DNA of 64,000 bases from Choristocarpus tenellus KU-1152 (taxonomy: Eukaryota; Protista; Phaeophyceae). The notes beneath the pieces are model-generated. The model ran no database searches and was not told where the DNA came from. It saw only the letters and a list, made by a program, of their open reading frames with translations. The DNA lies in contig CAXNAD020000003.1 of assembly GCA_964200185.2 (NCBI GenBank), positions 3,362 to 67,361 of the forward strand, written 5' to 3'. A program made the position numbers and the translations under genes. Below are positions 38,660 to 64,000 of this stretch, piece after piece. Every line of letters starts with the position of its first letter. Within the stretch, counting starts at the first letter, position 1.

Positions 38660-41629
38660 TCACTCCCCCCTCTTTAAGTCTGTTGAGGTGCAAGCCTCAA
38701 GCTTCAGTTGCATGGCATCCACACCAAGTTTCCTCGTGGTCTTTACATTCTTTTGCCACACTACAGCTGGATCTTCAATCTCACGGACTGCCTTTTCTAC
38801 CTGTCATTACGCAAACCATCATGAACATGAGTGTAATTATCCAAAACGTCATCAATAGGAGTGTACCAGTTTGTGCCAGAGACAGTATGTGCAGTTGGTG
38901 CATAGAGGAAGAAGACAGATTCCCCCACTCGACCAGGTTTTATATTGTCATATCGTGCATCTTTCATCAGTTCACACTATATAGAAACTTCATTGGAATG
39001 CTCAATCTGTTGCACATATTGCTTTGTTAATAATAATAATAATAATAATATTTCATAATTGAAAAAAACTCAATCTTTGAATATTTTACTGCAGTAATAG
39101 AAGAGTCATTAACAAATTTAACCTATTGAACAACCCCCATTTCATAGGGGCGTCATCAAATTTCAGTTGTGTCTAACAGATTCTGTTCAAGAAATACCTT
39201 ACTTTTCAAACCTGATAGATATCAGACATTTTTTATGACATTTGATCTCGAAACATAAAATAGAACCCCAAAAAACTAAATTGTCGTGGTAAGACTTCAT
39301 TGCAACCACGTGAGTACTATTACACAAGAATTGAGGGAGAGGTAGAGTGATGTGTGGAGCAATGGCTCACCTCAGCATGTGAGAAAAATGCAAGGCATGT
39401 AATGGGCAGTTTAATCAATTGCAATGCATGTAATGGGCAGTTTAATCAATTGCAATGCAACAGTTAGCTCATAATTCAGACCAGTTAATGAGTAGTGAAG
39501 TAGTGCATTGGGTAGTGGCTCTGACGATGGGTCAAGCTAGGTTCCTAGTCCCAGACCAAGGTACTACTTGTGAAGTGCATTCTTAAGAGGCAATGTCATT
39601 TTGCAGATTATACTGGGCATTGGATTGTGATGTAGGTTGGTCCAACTATGGTTTAAGATCCTTGAGGCAATATGTGGTAGGAGCAAGCATCAAAATGACT
39701 GATAGTTGTAGGTGCTAAGCTAAAGATGGATGTTGCAAAGCTAGCAAGGTCTGGGTGTGTCAACATTCAATTAGAATAGTCCAAGTACAAATCAGCACAA
39801 GTGTGTAGCATGATGGTGCATAGTGGGGTTGGGGTTGGTTGATTTCAAGGGGGGTGAGAAGTGACATGTGCCAGCATGGTACTACCACCCATATTTTGTA
39901 ATGAAAAAATGAACTTGAGTCACACTATTGACAATCTGGTACAACAACTTAAGAACTGGCATGTGCTCTCGGAAGTGGAGCATAGGATAAAGATTTTCCT
40001 AACAAACTTAATCCCTTAGAAACAAATACAGCAACCAGTAAAGAAGGAAACATCACATAACCATTGCTATGGATGTATTTTGGTGACAGGATCATAGTAG
40101 ACACAGGCGGGCATGTAGTACACATTTAAATGACCCTTTAATCAACCTTCAATTGCAGCTGCCATGATGTGTTAACAGCCTGGGTTACCACTGGTCCCAG
40201 GTCAGTAGAGAGTACATACACATGCCCCAAACTGGGAAAAGAGTGCCAGGCACTATTGTACTCCGCTTGCTTGAGCCAACTACCATCTTGTATTGGTCAT
40301 CACAACCAAGTTCAAAGTAGTTGCTGCGATCCTACTACTGAGATTACACATGGAGTTCAAATCTGGCAAGCACTTAGCTCTTGTACCTCATGTTGGTGGG
40401 AGGGACCTCATACCATGTCTTGGTCACCACATATAAAAGCATCACAACAAGAACAAAAAAAAAGAGGAGAATGACTTGTACACAAAACAGAATTACATCT
40501 CAATGTTTACAATCTCAAACACAAGTCTAGAGATGACATACACTTCAGGTGAGATACATTTGTCAATGACATGCGATTCAGCAATGTTACATATTTGACT
40601 CACCTGGTTCTCTAAAAGGAGGTGAAGGGTTGGATATGGTGAACGGTTGGTGTAGTTCTCCACATCACCCTTTTTAGCTCCCTCAAAGCAGTAAAGGGGA
40701 TGAAATGTGGCAAGCTGCGGCAGGCAAATGTTAAGGCATGACCATGATACAGGGTAAGAGAGGACTGGGGACATGCGGCAGAATGTATGGCAAGCGAGGG
40801 ACTGAGGACGAAGTGGCGACAAAATACCCACCCTTTTAAGAACCAGACAGCTCCTCTTTCATGCCCACCTGCACTATTCCTCGTAGTCCCTCCTGGTCAA
40901 TAAGGTCATCTAACAAGCCGGCTGCATTCAAGTATGCGTTGAAGTCTTCCAAAAGTGGTGGTCTAGCTACCACTAAAGTTGTGGCATTGCCCGCCGCCTC
41001 ACCAGTCAGTGTCGCCAGAGAAGATGCCTCCCCCAGGGCGGCGGAGACAAAGTCTGCGGCATCCGACCCAGGGGGGGTGACCACCACTCTAAGGCGCCCA
41101 CCAGTAAGCGCCCCTGCAGCCCATGGGCACAAGTTCAGCCCGACCACCGTTGTCCGCACCCACCGTAAAGTATCAATGGCTAGAGGGTCTATTCTAGTTC
41201 CCAATTTATCCTCGGATCCAGTAGCGTCCTGCTACTTGCCAACGGGGGTGTGTCAGGGCCGAATGTCAGACCAAGGATTTGGCATTTTGTCATGAGGAGT
41301 GCAATGACCTCTTTGACATTCTTCCTCGGGACTTCACCTATCAGTGAGGAACAACTGAAAAAAGAATACACAGGATGTTGCTTATCAAACGCCGTGCACA
41401 GAGAAATGTTTAGTTTAGCATACTCATAGGAATAGCCTACCTCAAGGTTGCACCCCAGTCGAGAAAATCGGGGGCGTTTCATTCCATTTCTCTTTGTACT
41501 ACCATGCCTGACGGGAAAAAAAGTCGGAGAAGAACATGACACCAGCTTCGAAAGCGATGCTTTAGACAAATAGGAACCAGGGCGGCCTCCCATCAGAAGG
41601 GCCATGGCTGTAACCACGAGCTTCAGCAT
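38660..41629 (-). CDS. DUF1415 family protein with N-terminal targeting-like extension, about 266 aa, 4 exons
   Basis: Minus-strand exons 41629-41441, 41228-40869 (NAGNAG acceptor, alternative start 41231), 40714-40604, 38800-38660 join in frame. Motifs typical of DUF1415: WVRTTVVGLNLCPWA, TTLVV, DFNAYL, QLATFHPLYCF, NYTNRSPYPTLHLL, VWQKNVKTTRKLG. Confidence 0.87.
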
Positions 41630-41942
41630 TCATCACCCAATGTAGAGACTTCTCCGTTCAAACTTTTCAAACGCTTTTGCCACAAACTATATGCAAGAAC
41701 TCGTACGCGACGACAAAAACAAAACTGATAGCCAAGATTAGGGCTGAACTTCTACCCTACTACTCTAGTGCACAGCAAGTGAGTTTCTAAAATTTGGTTG
41801 AACATCGCCTCAACGACATATCTACCTTTGAGGGTTAGGGATTGGAGAGATTTTCAAAATTCCAAATCCCATCAACAAATTGTCCATGTTTTAAGGGGTG
41901 GGCGGGATGACATATTCCTGTTCGGGTGTGGAGGAGGAACGA
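41630..41942. promoter_or_regulatory. Putative bidirectional promoter between DUF1415 and phosducin-like genes, with a telo-box-like AGGGTTAGGG at 41831-41840
   Basis: About 310 bp between divergent ATGs; CpG-rich; contains TTAGGG motifs near 41738 and 41835. Confidence 0.6.
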
Positions 41943-44784
41943 ATGAACCCGCAGATAACCTTAGCAACAAGACATAAATGTGGCTCCAGTTGTAGTCACC
42001 ATCATGTCCATGACGAGTTTGATGAATTGGATGCAAACGACATGGATCCCTGTTGTCAGAGGGAAATACTTCAAAGACGGAAGTGAGACAACGATGCCCA
42101 CCTGAAGGTTGTAGCAATGTTCACGAGCATATCGAAGATTTCTGAACACATCTTCAATGTGGAATGGGGGCTGTACATAGTGATGTCAAGCGTAGCTTTT
42201 TGGTTGGCAAACGTCGTGTCTGAGGGAGACATTGTGGATAGTTGAATCCCTACATGATAGCGAATAGTTCTGATGGTATGCAATGGGAGGAGGATCCCGT
42301 AATAAGTATGGCTATGAAAGATATAATCTCTCATACTTCCTCCTCTTATCTTCCCTAGGATGACCAAGATTACGTCGGAGCTGAACGCGCGGGATCCCAC
42401 TCAGATTGCCGTTCGCCGTAGGTTAGATGTTGTATCTGGTGCATTGACACGGGTAGAACTGCCCGCATGCTACAATGTTGACTACCCTGCACTTGCTGAG
42501 GCCAGAGGTGTGCACGAGCTATTATGTGATGGACCTTTCAGTATTTTGTGATAGTCGTTCTCCTATGCACGACCACGCCAGATATGAAGGGAAAATCGTT
42601 AGAACTTGTCGTCAGTCAAGTGCCCAAAGAGAAATGATACGGGGCTATCGATTGCTAGGTGATATTGAAATATTTCTTCCTCTGCATAATCTTCCGAGAC
42701 CTCTTGCACAACCTAACCTCGCACCCGAGGGTAAGATTCACTGTAAGTGTAACGATCACCATGATATACCCCTTCTTGATTGCTGCTTGACGTCCGTTTT
42801 CCGACTTTTTCCTTGGGCAGATGCGTGGACGAGGCAAGGGGAGTTGGGAGTACGGCCTGGAAATGTAGGGGTTGGGTGGCAAGGGGCTCATGATCAGGCG
42901 AGGGATACAGAAGAGGAGAGTGAAGAAGATGACATGGACTACCTACTGGATGATCAAGACGACCCTGGTATGTGTTGTTTTCCCACTTGAACCTTCCTAT
43001 TGTTGATACTAGTTCTGATTTACAGGTTAATGTCTTAGAAAGCCCCAAACTCTCCTCGCCAGCACTACTGACCTATTTATTTATGGCCTTTCCTCGATGC
43101 TCCCCACTTCAGAGTTGCGTCGCCTAGAGCAGGTTCGCCTAGTTACCATGCAAGAACAGTCTGTCCGCGCTGCCATGCTAAGGACTCTTGGCTATGGTGT
43201 GCACAGGGAAGTCTCACCTTTGCAGGTGGAGAAGGAGCTAGGAGGAGGGCTTGAGGGGGGTGGCTTGGTATGCCATTTCTATCACCCTCACTTCTTATTG
43301 GGACCGGAACTGGATCTGTACCTTGAGAATTTTTCTTCCAAGTATTTGGGAACCAGGTCAGTTAAACCTTGGATGTCTAGGATGTAGGGGCCTGTATACC
43401 TGCTTCCAAAATATTCATTTATCAAGGGTGATTATTATCTGCTTAGTCTTCATGGTTGTCTTTTAGATAGAAAAAATAAGTCATTTCCAACTTCTCTGGG
43501 GGAAGAGGCAATATCCTGAACTAAAGCTTGGCTCATCGTTTTACTTGATTTTTTTTGTTTTATTTGTTTCACTTATTTTCTGACACAAAATGCCACATAT
43601 ACTACACAACTTTTTTTTCCAGGCACCCACCCTGACGCAGAGAGTCATATCTTTCTTTCTTTTTTTGACGTTCACCTTCAGGTTTATTCGCTGCTTTGTG
43701 CAACCAGACTCTGAAAGTGCTCGAAGAATACATGTTCAGCAAGTGCCAGCTTTGGCCTGCTACAAGGTGTGCTGAAGAGGGGGTGTATCTCAAAACTTGA
43801 GGAATGCCAATATCTTCAATCAGTCCCCCTACTGTGGACCCATCTTGCAATTACTGTATAGTGTATCTGCAAATCTGTCCTACACTATTTTGTCCTTTAC
43901 CTGCCAACAGGGGGGTATGAGGATGGCCTACACTGAGGAAATGGGACAGTTTGGACACGGGAAAGTGTTGGAGCCTTTGGCAGTTAACAGATGGCTGGAG
44001 GAATCTGGTGTACTTCAGACAACAGCATGTGATGACCTTGACATTTTGCTGGGGAAAGAGGTGAGGGGAGGGAGGTTCCTGCTGGATATGGTACCAGTGC
44101 TTTTTCCCCCTAGTGATACTTGTAACTGTATTGTGGGGAGATTGAAGTGGGCGACTTGGCATCAGGCTAAAACTGTTTGACAGAGTAGGTGTCAACCAAA
44201 AAGTAGATGTGTCCTGTACCATCTGATATTTTCATGCTTTATTTTGGCGAACCTTTTTCCTACATTAAGATCATTTTTGCTGCAAATCCATTGATCTCTA
44301 CAAATTAAAAAACATACGAGAAATGGGAATTTGGATAGGATTTTAAATGTTCCTTTCAGCATAGGCCTGGATCATGTTTTAAAGCTTCAATATCATCCAT
44401 TAAGTAACACATAAAAGTTACTGTACTTGGTACGACAGTAGTGTGTCTACTGCTCAGTAAGATGTCGCAGGGAAGTGATATCTTTTTGCAGAGTAAGAAC
44501 CACCCCTAACAGTGAATATACCCAAGATATGATACAATGAAATACAAATGAACTCTTTCCTGATGAGGCAGGAGGGCATCAGCAATGACAGAGGGGAGAG
44601 CAGAGATGGATCTGAAAGCAGAGATGGAGTTGGTGCAGACCAATGGACTGGCAGGGGAACTAGGGAAGCATATGACTGTGGACTTGAGGGTTGTTGCAAG
44701 CCATATGCACATGACCACTTCTTGTCTTCTGGGGAGGGGTCGCTCCCTGGAGAGTTCCATTTCAGAGGCCTGGATAGGCCCTAA
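41943..44784 (+). CDS. Phosducin-like / thioredoxin-fold protein with Cys/His-rich termini, about 375 aa, 7 exons
   Basis: Exons 41943-42082, 42359-42507, 42821-42967, 43113-43356, 43682-43766, 43911-44060, 44572-44784 join in frame (an upstream in-frame ATG exists at 41907). Phosducin-like pattern: acidic stretch, ELRRLEQVRL, LGYGVHREV, LVCHFYHP, YLGTRFIR, VPALACYKGG, WLEESGVL. Confidence 0.82.
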
Positions 44785-45657
44785 CAGTTACTAGTTTTGG
44801 AGGGGAGTGGGCGGTTGGAGCATACAAGACAAGGCAGGACTAAAAGCTTATGTCTTCGTTGCCTAAGGTAGAGGGGTTCATGCACAAATATTACAAGAAG
44901 TATGTACTCAGTAATATGCTATCTTGGTGTTCCCAAAGCATGACATGAAACACAAAAGAACATATGTAAGGAGTACAAATGTCCTACTATCGCTTCATAC
45001 CAAGTATTTGATGGTAAAGGTGATAAATCCTCGGTATCTTATGGGCTGTAGTCATACGAATTCCAGCAAGCAACTCCATGGCGCTTGAAAATCAAGCACA
45101 CCATTTCATGAAATACCAGAAAATGTGAATGTTTTCAGGTCATGCTCACACTAAAAGAGTCATGTAGAGCTAATGCTAAAGTGTGTCTGATTGCTCCTGA
45201 CATTATGTATGTGGGAGCCTGTAAGGACTGTGGATTAGGATTTGTTTGCAACACTTTTCCTTGAAACATGTGTGCTAGTCCGTATCTCCTTAGAGGTCTG
45301 CAATACTGCTCTCAATCAGTATCTTCATGAATACCCACATCAACTCTCGTCGAGTGCTTCTATTGTCTTTGCTAGCGAGACATTATTTTCTATGCTTGAT
45401 ATCAACAGTATAAATACACCAGAATGATCTAGTTTGATTTTGCAACAAATCTTTGAAGGTAGGCTTGGGTGGTTGGGCTGCTCAGCAAAAAGTGCACCAC
45501 AACAGGACAGTGGATTATCTTGTGTAAATGACATACAGTAACTAATTCCTCACGAAGATGCACAGTCAAATCATGTAGCTGATTTTTTTTTCCTAATCCG
45601 CTTCAACATATCCAAAGCTTTTCCAGTTCTTCTATGTCAACGCATTTAAATGAACAG

Positions 45658-48502
45658 TCAAGAATAGCGCAGCATTGTGTCTTCCAAGAATCTTACAAGG
45701 TTTCGATCCTTGAATTCCTCTGGAATAAGAAGTAGGGGACCTCTAGTGTGAGCCTGTACCTCATATGTGGCTGTCTTCGCCCTCAGCACCAAAATCAAGC
45801 AGCCCCATATGCCCTGGTATAACACAGGAGGCACATTATACACAAAATTTGAAAAGAACCATTAAAAGATGGGTGCGTAGGGATGTCCTTCATAAATGAG
45901 ATTTGTGTTGAACTGGGTCTGTGGTTCCCCCAGTGGGTCTTCAACAACCAAATGGTAATGTTGTACAGACCTCTATGCGAGGTAACCTCCACCTACCCAG
46001 CTCAGAATTTCAAATGCTGGAGAAGACATTCTGAAAAAACATCAGCAGAATATGTTCAGAAGCAGGCAATTGAGTTACAATGACATATATCCATACTGTC
46101 CCCTTCATCAAAAAGTGATTGGAGCATCCAATGAGGTGGTCTAGATGATGCCTTTTGTATGCAGTCGGAAAATCTGACTTGCTGTGCAATGATTTAGGGT
46201 CTACATTCAAGTACTGTTCTCAATATGGCTGTTGGGTCGCCTTTGCTCAAAGTGGTATGACCTGTCTTGTCCCTTTCATGGGTGAACTTTTGAGGTTTTA
46301 TTTAAAGTGGGAGGGAATCGCAATGGTTATGATCATATTAAAATGACAGGAAATATCAAACAAGACAAGTATCCATATATCAATTGACCCTTGCAGTGCA
46401 GAGATATTTGTACTGTGTCACTCTCAGTAATAAGAGTAGCATGGGTTCAGTACCTGATCATCTAGTTCCAGACGTTCAAAATTGCGCTCAAGGACATCAT
46501 GCAAGCGCCTAAGGGCAGAAGCCTCCCGGACAATGGGAACACCTGCAAATTGTACCCGTCCACTTCTCAGCAGGTCATCCACCTGGGAATGTAGGAAGAG
46601 GAGGGATGGAGTGGACACTTGTTACAAGCTATTGGTATCAAGTGGGGATGATGTATGATCAACGGTGCCCTGAGTTACTCAGTTCTATTGTTGATGCTCC
46701 TCAAATTGAAGCTACTGGTGAGCTTGTAATGCAGCAAACCATTTTTGATTGTTGATTATTGACATCTGCCCTAGAACAGAACAAGATGTAGATCGATTAT
46801 AGGTCTATTGAGCCTAGTAATATGCTTGGCAATTAAAAAACCTCTCTCAATATATGGCACATCTGAGTGGAAAAACCTCAGTGAGTTAACTGTATGTTAC
46901 TGACAAAGATCAAACAAACCTGCTTCAACCTATTTCTAGCCTGTTGATCCAATGCTGCATGTTCTTTTCCGAGATTAAACCCTCCCTGCCCTCTTGTTGC
47001 CCTGGATCTCAGCCTTCCAAAGATCCCTGGATCTCCCCTTGAGGGCATTGGTTTTGCTATGTGTTCTCCAGAATGTTCCAATACCAAGTTTTCCAGTTCT
47101 TCTGGAGTTCGGAAGGTGTCATCAGGTTGAGACTGCTCTGAAGCTCTATGAGACAGTTGCATAGTTGGTGTACAAGGATCAGCAAATGAATATGAACGAG
47201 AGGGAAGGGTAGCACACAAAATTAGATATTGATTGTGACAGTAATGCCTGTAAAATCAAGCTTTGCCTGTCCATGTACACCGCATGCAATACATGCATCG
47301 AATATCTTGTCCCCTTATCCCAATGGGGTTTTCATTGCTAGTTCTTCGTGTATGAAGATCTCAAATTGATGGTATTCCAAACATGCAGTGCCGTCGCCTA
47401 TCCCCAACATTACCTTTCCATCCTCAGGCCGTCCCTTGGTGGCGCCTTCCGAAATACTCTCTTCCTGTTTTGCCCTCGTCCTGTCTCAGTCTCAAATTCA
47501 GCAGAACCCGTGCCCCAGATGTCCTCCACGTCCTTCTCTATCCCGCTTCTTGTTGTCCCCCTTTCACCTGGGACCATTGCAAGCAGTCTTCCTAACTGGC
47601 GTTCGAGATGCACCTTAATTACGACAGGGTTGCGCATATCTAACAGAGAAGGAGGAAAGGTGAGCACCACGTGCAGCTTCACTAGATCGCGCCCAACATT
47701 CGCCACATTTGCCACTGTTTCACTCTCTCTGTTACCCCTCGTACCCATGACGTCCCCATCAACTGATTGCCTCTGATTAGTGTAGTCCATTGACTGCTTG
47801 CTATCGGAGCTTGTACCTGTCCTTGTGACAGATGGCTGATGGTAGAAGGTGAAGGAGTAATGTGTGTCTAGGTTCGGCAACACAAACCCTTGGGTTGTTC
47901 CACGCACCTCTAGAGCTTCCAAGGCATCGATAAGGGTGTTGATGTCCTGAAATAAGCGGAATGGGAGAAAGCGATCATATTTCATATTTGTTCCACCCTT
48001 CATCCGCACTCTAATCTGCTTTGTACTATCCTTTCAAGTTCTATAGTCCCTGAGTCCCCGATGCCCGAATTCGTTCAAGGCAGAAGACCAACAGCTTGCT
48101 AGGAAATGGTCAAAGGCAGTGGCTACTGTGCGTATAGTGGATTCAACAGCATCACGGAAACTTGAAACTTTGAATATATGACAGTTTCGTCTTGGTCTGA
48201 CTCCCAAGTGGATGGGAACGCCTTACCTTCAATGATGTCTGGTTGGCATGTCGTATTTCTGGCGAGTGTTGGGCAAAGAGGTCGGGATGGATCATCTTGA
48301 TCAGAGGCACCATCCTTTTGCGCATATGAGCACCCCCACTCACGTCTCTAGACGAAAGCGTGCGTGCAGATGTAGAGCCTGGCGTATGGTGGAATGAAAT
48401 GAGTTGAGGGAGTAGAGAACCTGGAGGGAAGGTCCACCGTACATATCTTGAGCACCTCAATTGGCCTAAGGGCTGGGTAAGCCTTCCAACGAGAAGTTCC
48501 AT
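45658..48502 (-). CDS. DUF4460 / TCAIM-like protein (J-domain-like N-terminus), probably mitochondrial, about 439 aa, 5 exons
   Basis: Minus-strand exons 48502-48227, 47946-47414, 47145-46920, 46582-46454, 45813-45658 join in frame. LIKMIHPDLFAQHSPEIRHANQTSLKDIN matches the DUF4460 HPDLF...N..SL motif; Arg/Ser/Leu-rich N-terminus resembles a mitochondrial presequence; C-terminal LLIPEEF. Confidence 0.78.
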
Positions 48503-48937
48503 GGCAACTACTGGAATTGAGCGCGAAGGCTCCCCTACACTGAGTCGAGAGAGGCCCCCTTTCTCACTGTTTAATACAAACCTTCTTTCACTCGAACTGT
48601 TTGTGATGCTTGCTATTATTGTAACTCTAATAATGTTTTGTTGAGGTTTTGAAGTTTCAAAAATGTGACTTCATTTGAACGTTTTTAGAGACGTTCTATT
48701 GTAGTAATTGTCCTAGTATAGACACAATCATAAGTGTGAGTTGGAGGAGTTGACCAACAAACTCTCGACTAGCGAGAATGGAAGTAACATAGAGAAAGGA
48801 TTGGTTCTTTCTCTGAGTCTCAATCTATTTGTGTAGGTGAATAAGAGGAGGAGGATCGCCTGTTATCGGAAGAGGGATAAGCCTGAGAGCAAAAAGCAAG
48901 GACATTTCTGTGAAAACCACCCCGTGCAAGGAGGCAA
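48503..48937. promoter_or_regulatory. Putative bidirectional promoter between DUF4460/TCAIM-like and DHX16
   Basis: About 435 bp between divergent ATGs; CpG-containing. Confidence 0.6.
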
Positions 48938-63351
<14,414 letters not shown>

Positions 63352-64000
63352 GTGAATAATATGATGACCATGAGATGTGCAAGTGAAAATGGTGTGTGAT
63401 AACCTTCCTCTCTTTCTGCATATATTTGCATGTAGTCTAGTGCATTAGACAGTACCTATGGTTATTGTTGCTGTGATTGATATGTGTTGCTTTGTGTGTG
63501 TCATTGCATTGGAGATGGTACTGGTAGGTATTCATTTAAACCAAAGCTGGATTTGATCTCAGCAAAAAACAAGTTGATTCCATTGCTGATTCCCCTTGTT
63601 GCGGTAATAAGAGGAATTGCACATTGAGTGGGGTGAAGATATTAGTGGAGCAATTACTGCCTTCATACTTGTGTATGCCAATTAAATTATCAACATGTTT
63701 GTTGTATGCAGTATGTGGTATGTCGGGTAGGGAGAAACAAAGATCACAATCAGCACAACACCATCTCTATGCAGAAGTACTTGACTTGAATATATTGTGT
63801 CACATATTGTATCCTATTCTATCCCCTTATTTTCAATATATTGTGTTACATATTGTATCCTATTCTATACCCTTACTTCCAATTATACACTCTTATCCCA
63901 TACCCAGAAATGATTTATCACCTACCCCCCCCCCCCTCGCGTCACTCCCGCTTTTTGCTTTTCAGTTGGTTTTTGCCTTTCTTAGTCCCTTGACTTCTTT

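Noticed and set aside
41229-41440. Continuation of the 146-aa ORF 41189-41629 as a separate protein
   Set aside because: Best explained as read-through into DUF1415 intron 1.

Overview
Eukaryotic, intron-rich, AT-rich nuclear DNA. It is most likely from a photosynthetic stramenopile such as a brown alga or close relative; this is inferred from bipartite signal-plus-'AF' plastid-targeting peptides, long introns and TTAGGG repeats. Manual splicing of the ORF fragments gives seven genes: plastid 2-isopropylmalate synthase (+, 76-18614, 15 exons); an ER-retained MINPP-like histidine acid phosphatase (-, 27992-24094); plastid ribosomal protein L15 (+, 28332-32987); a DUF1415 protein with a targeting-like N-terminus (-, 41629-38660); a phosducin-like thioredoxin-fold protein (+, 41943-44784); a DUF4460/TCAIM-like protein (-, 48502-45658); and the 5' part of the spliceosomal DEAH helicase DHX16/Prp2 (+, 48938 to beyond the window). 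The last six genes form three head-to-head pairs on 0.3-0.45 kb spacers that sit in CpG-rich islands, while gene bodies are CpG-depleted. Introns carry micro/minisatellites, short interstitial telomeric repeats, MITE-like elements and decayed piggyBac-like sequence. Most notable observations: four GC-AG introns (all AG|GCAAGT) concentrated in the Prp2/DHX16 gene versus none in the other 39 introns; a CpG-island/methylation footprint; and an intronic segment bracketed by inward-facing telomeric repeats. All gene models were built by eye without RNA-seq or database searches. No prokaryote-type system (CRISPR, operon) is present.
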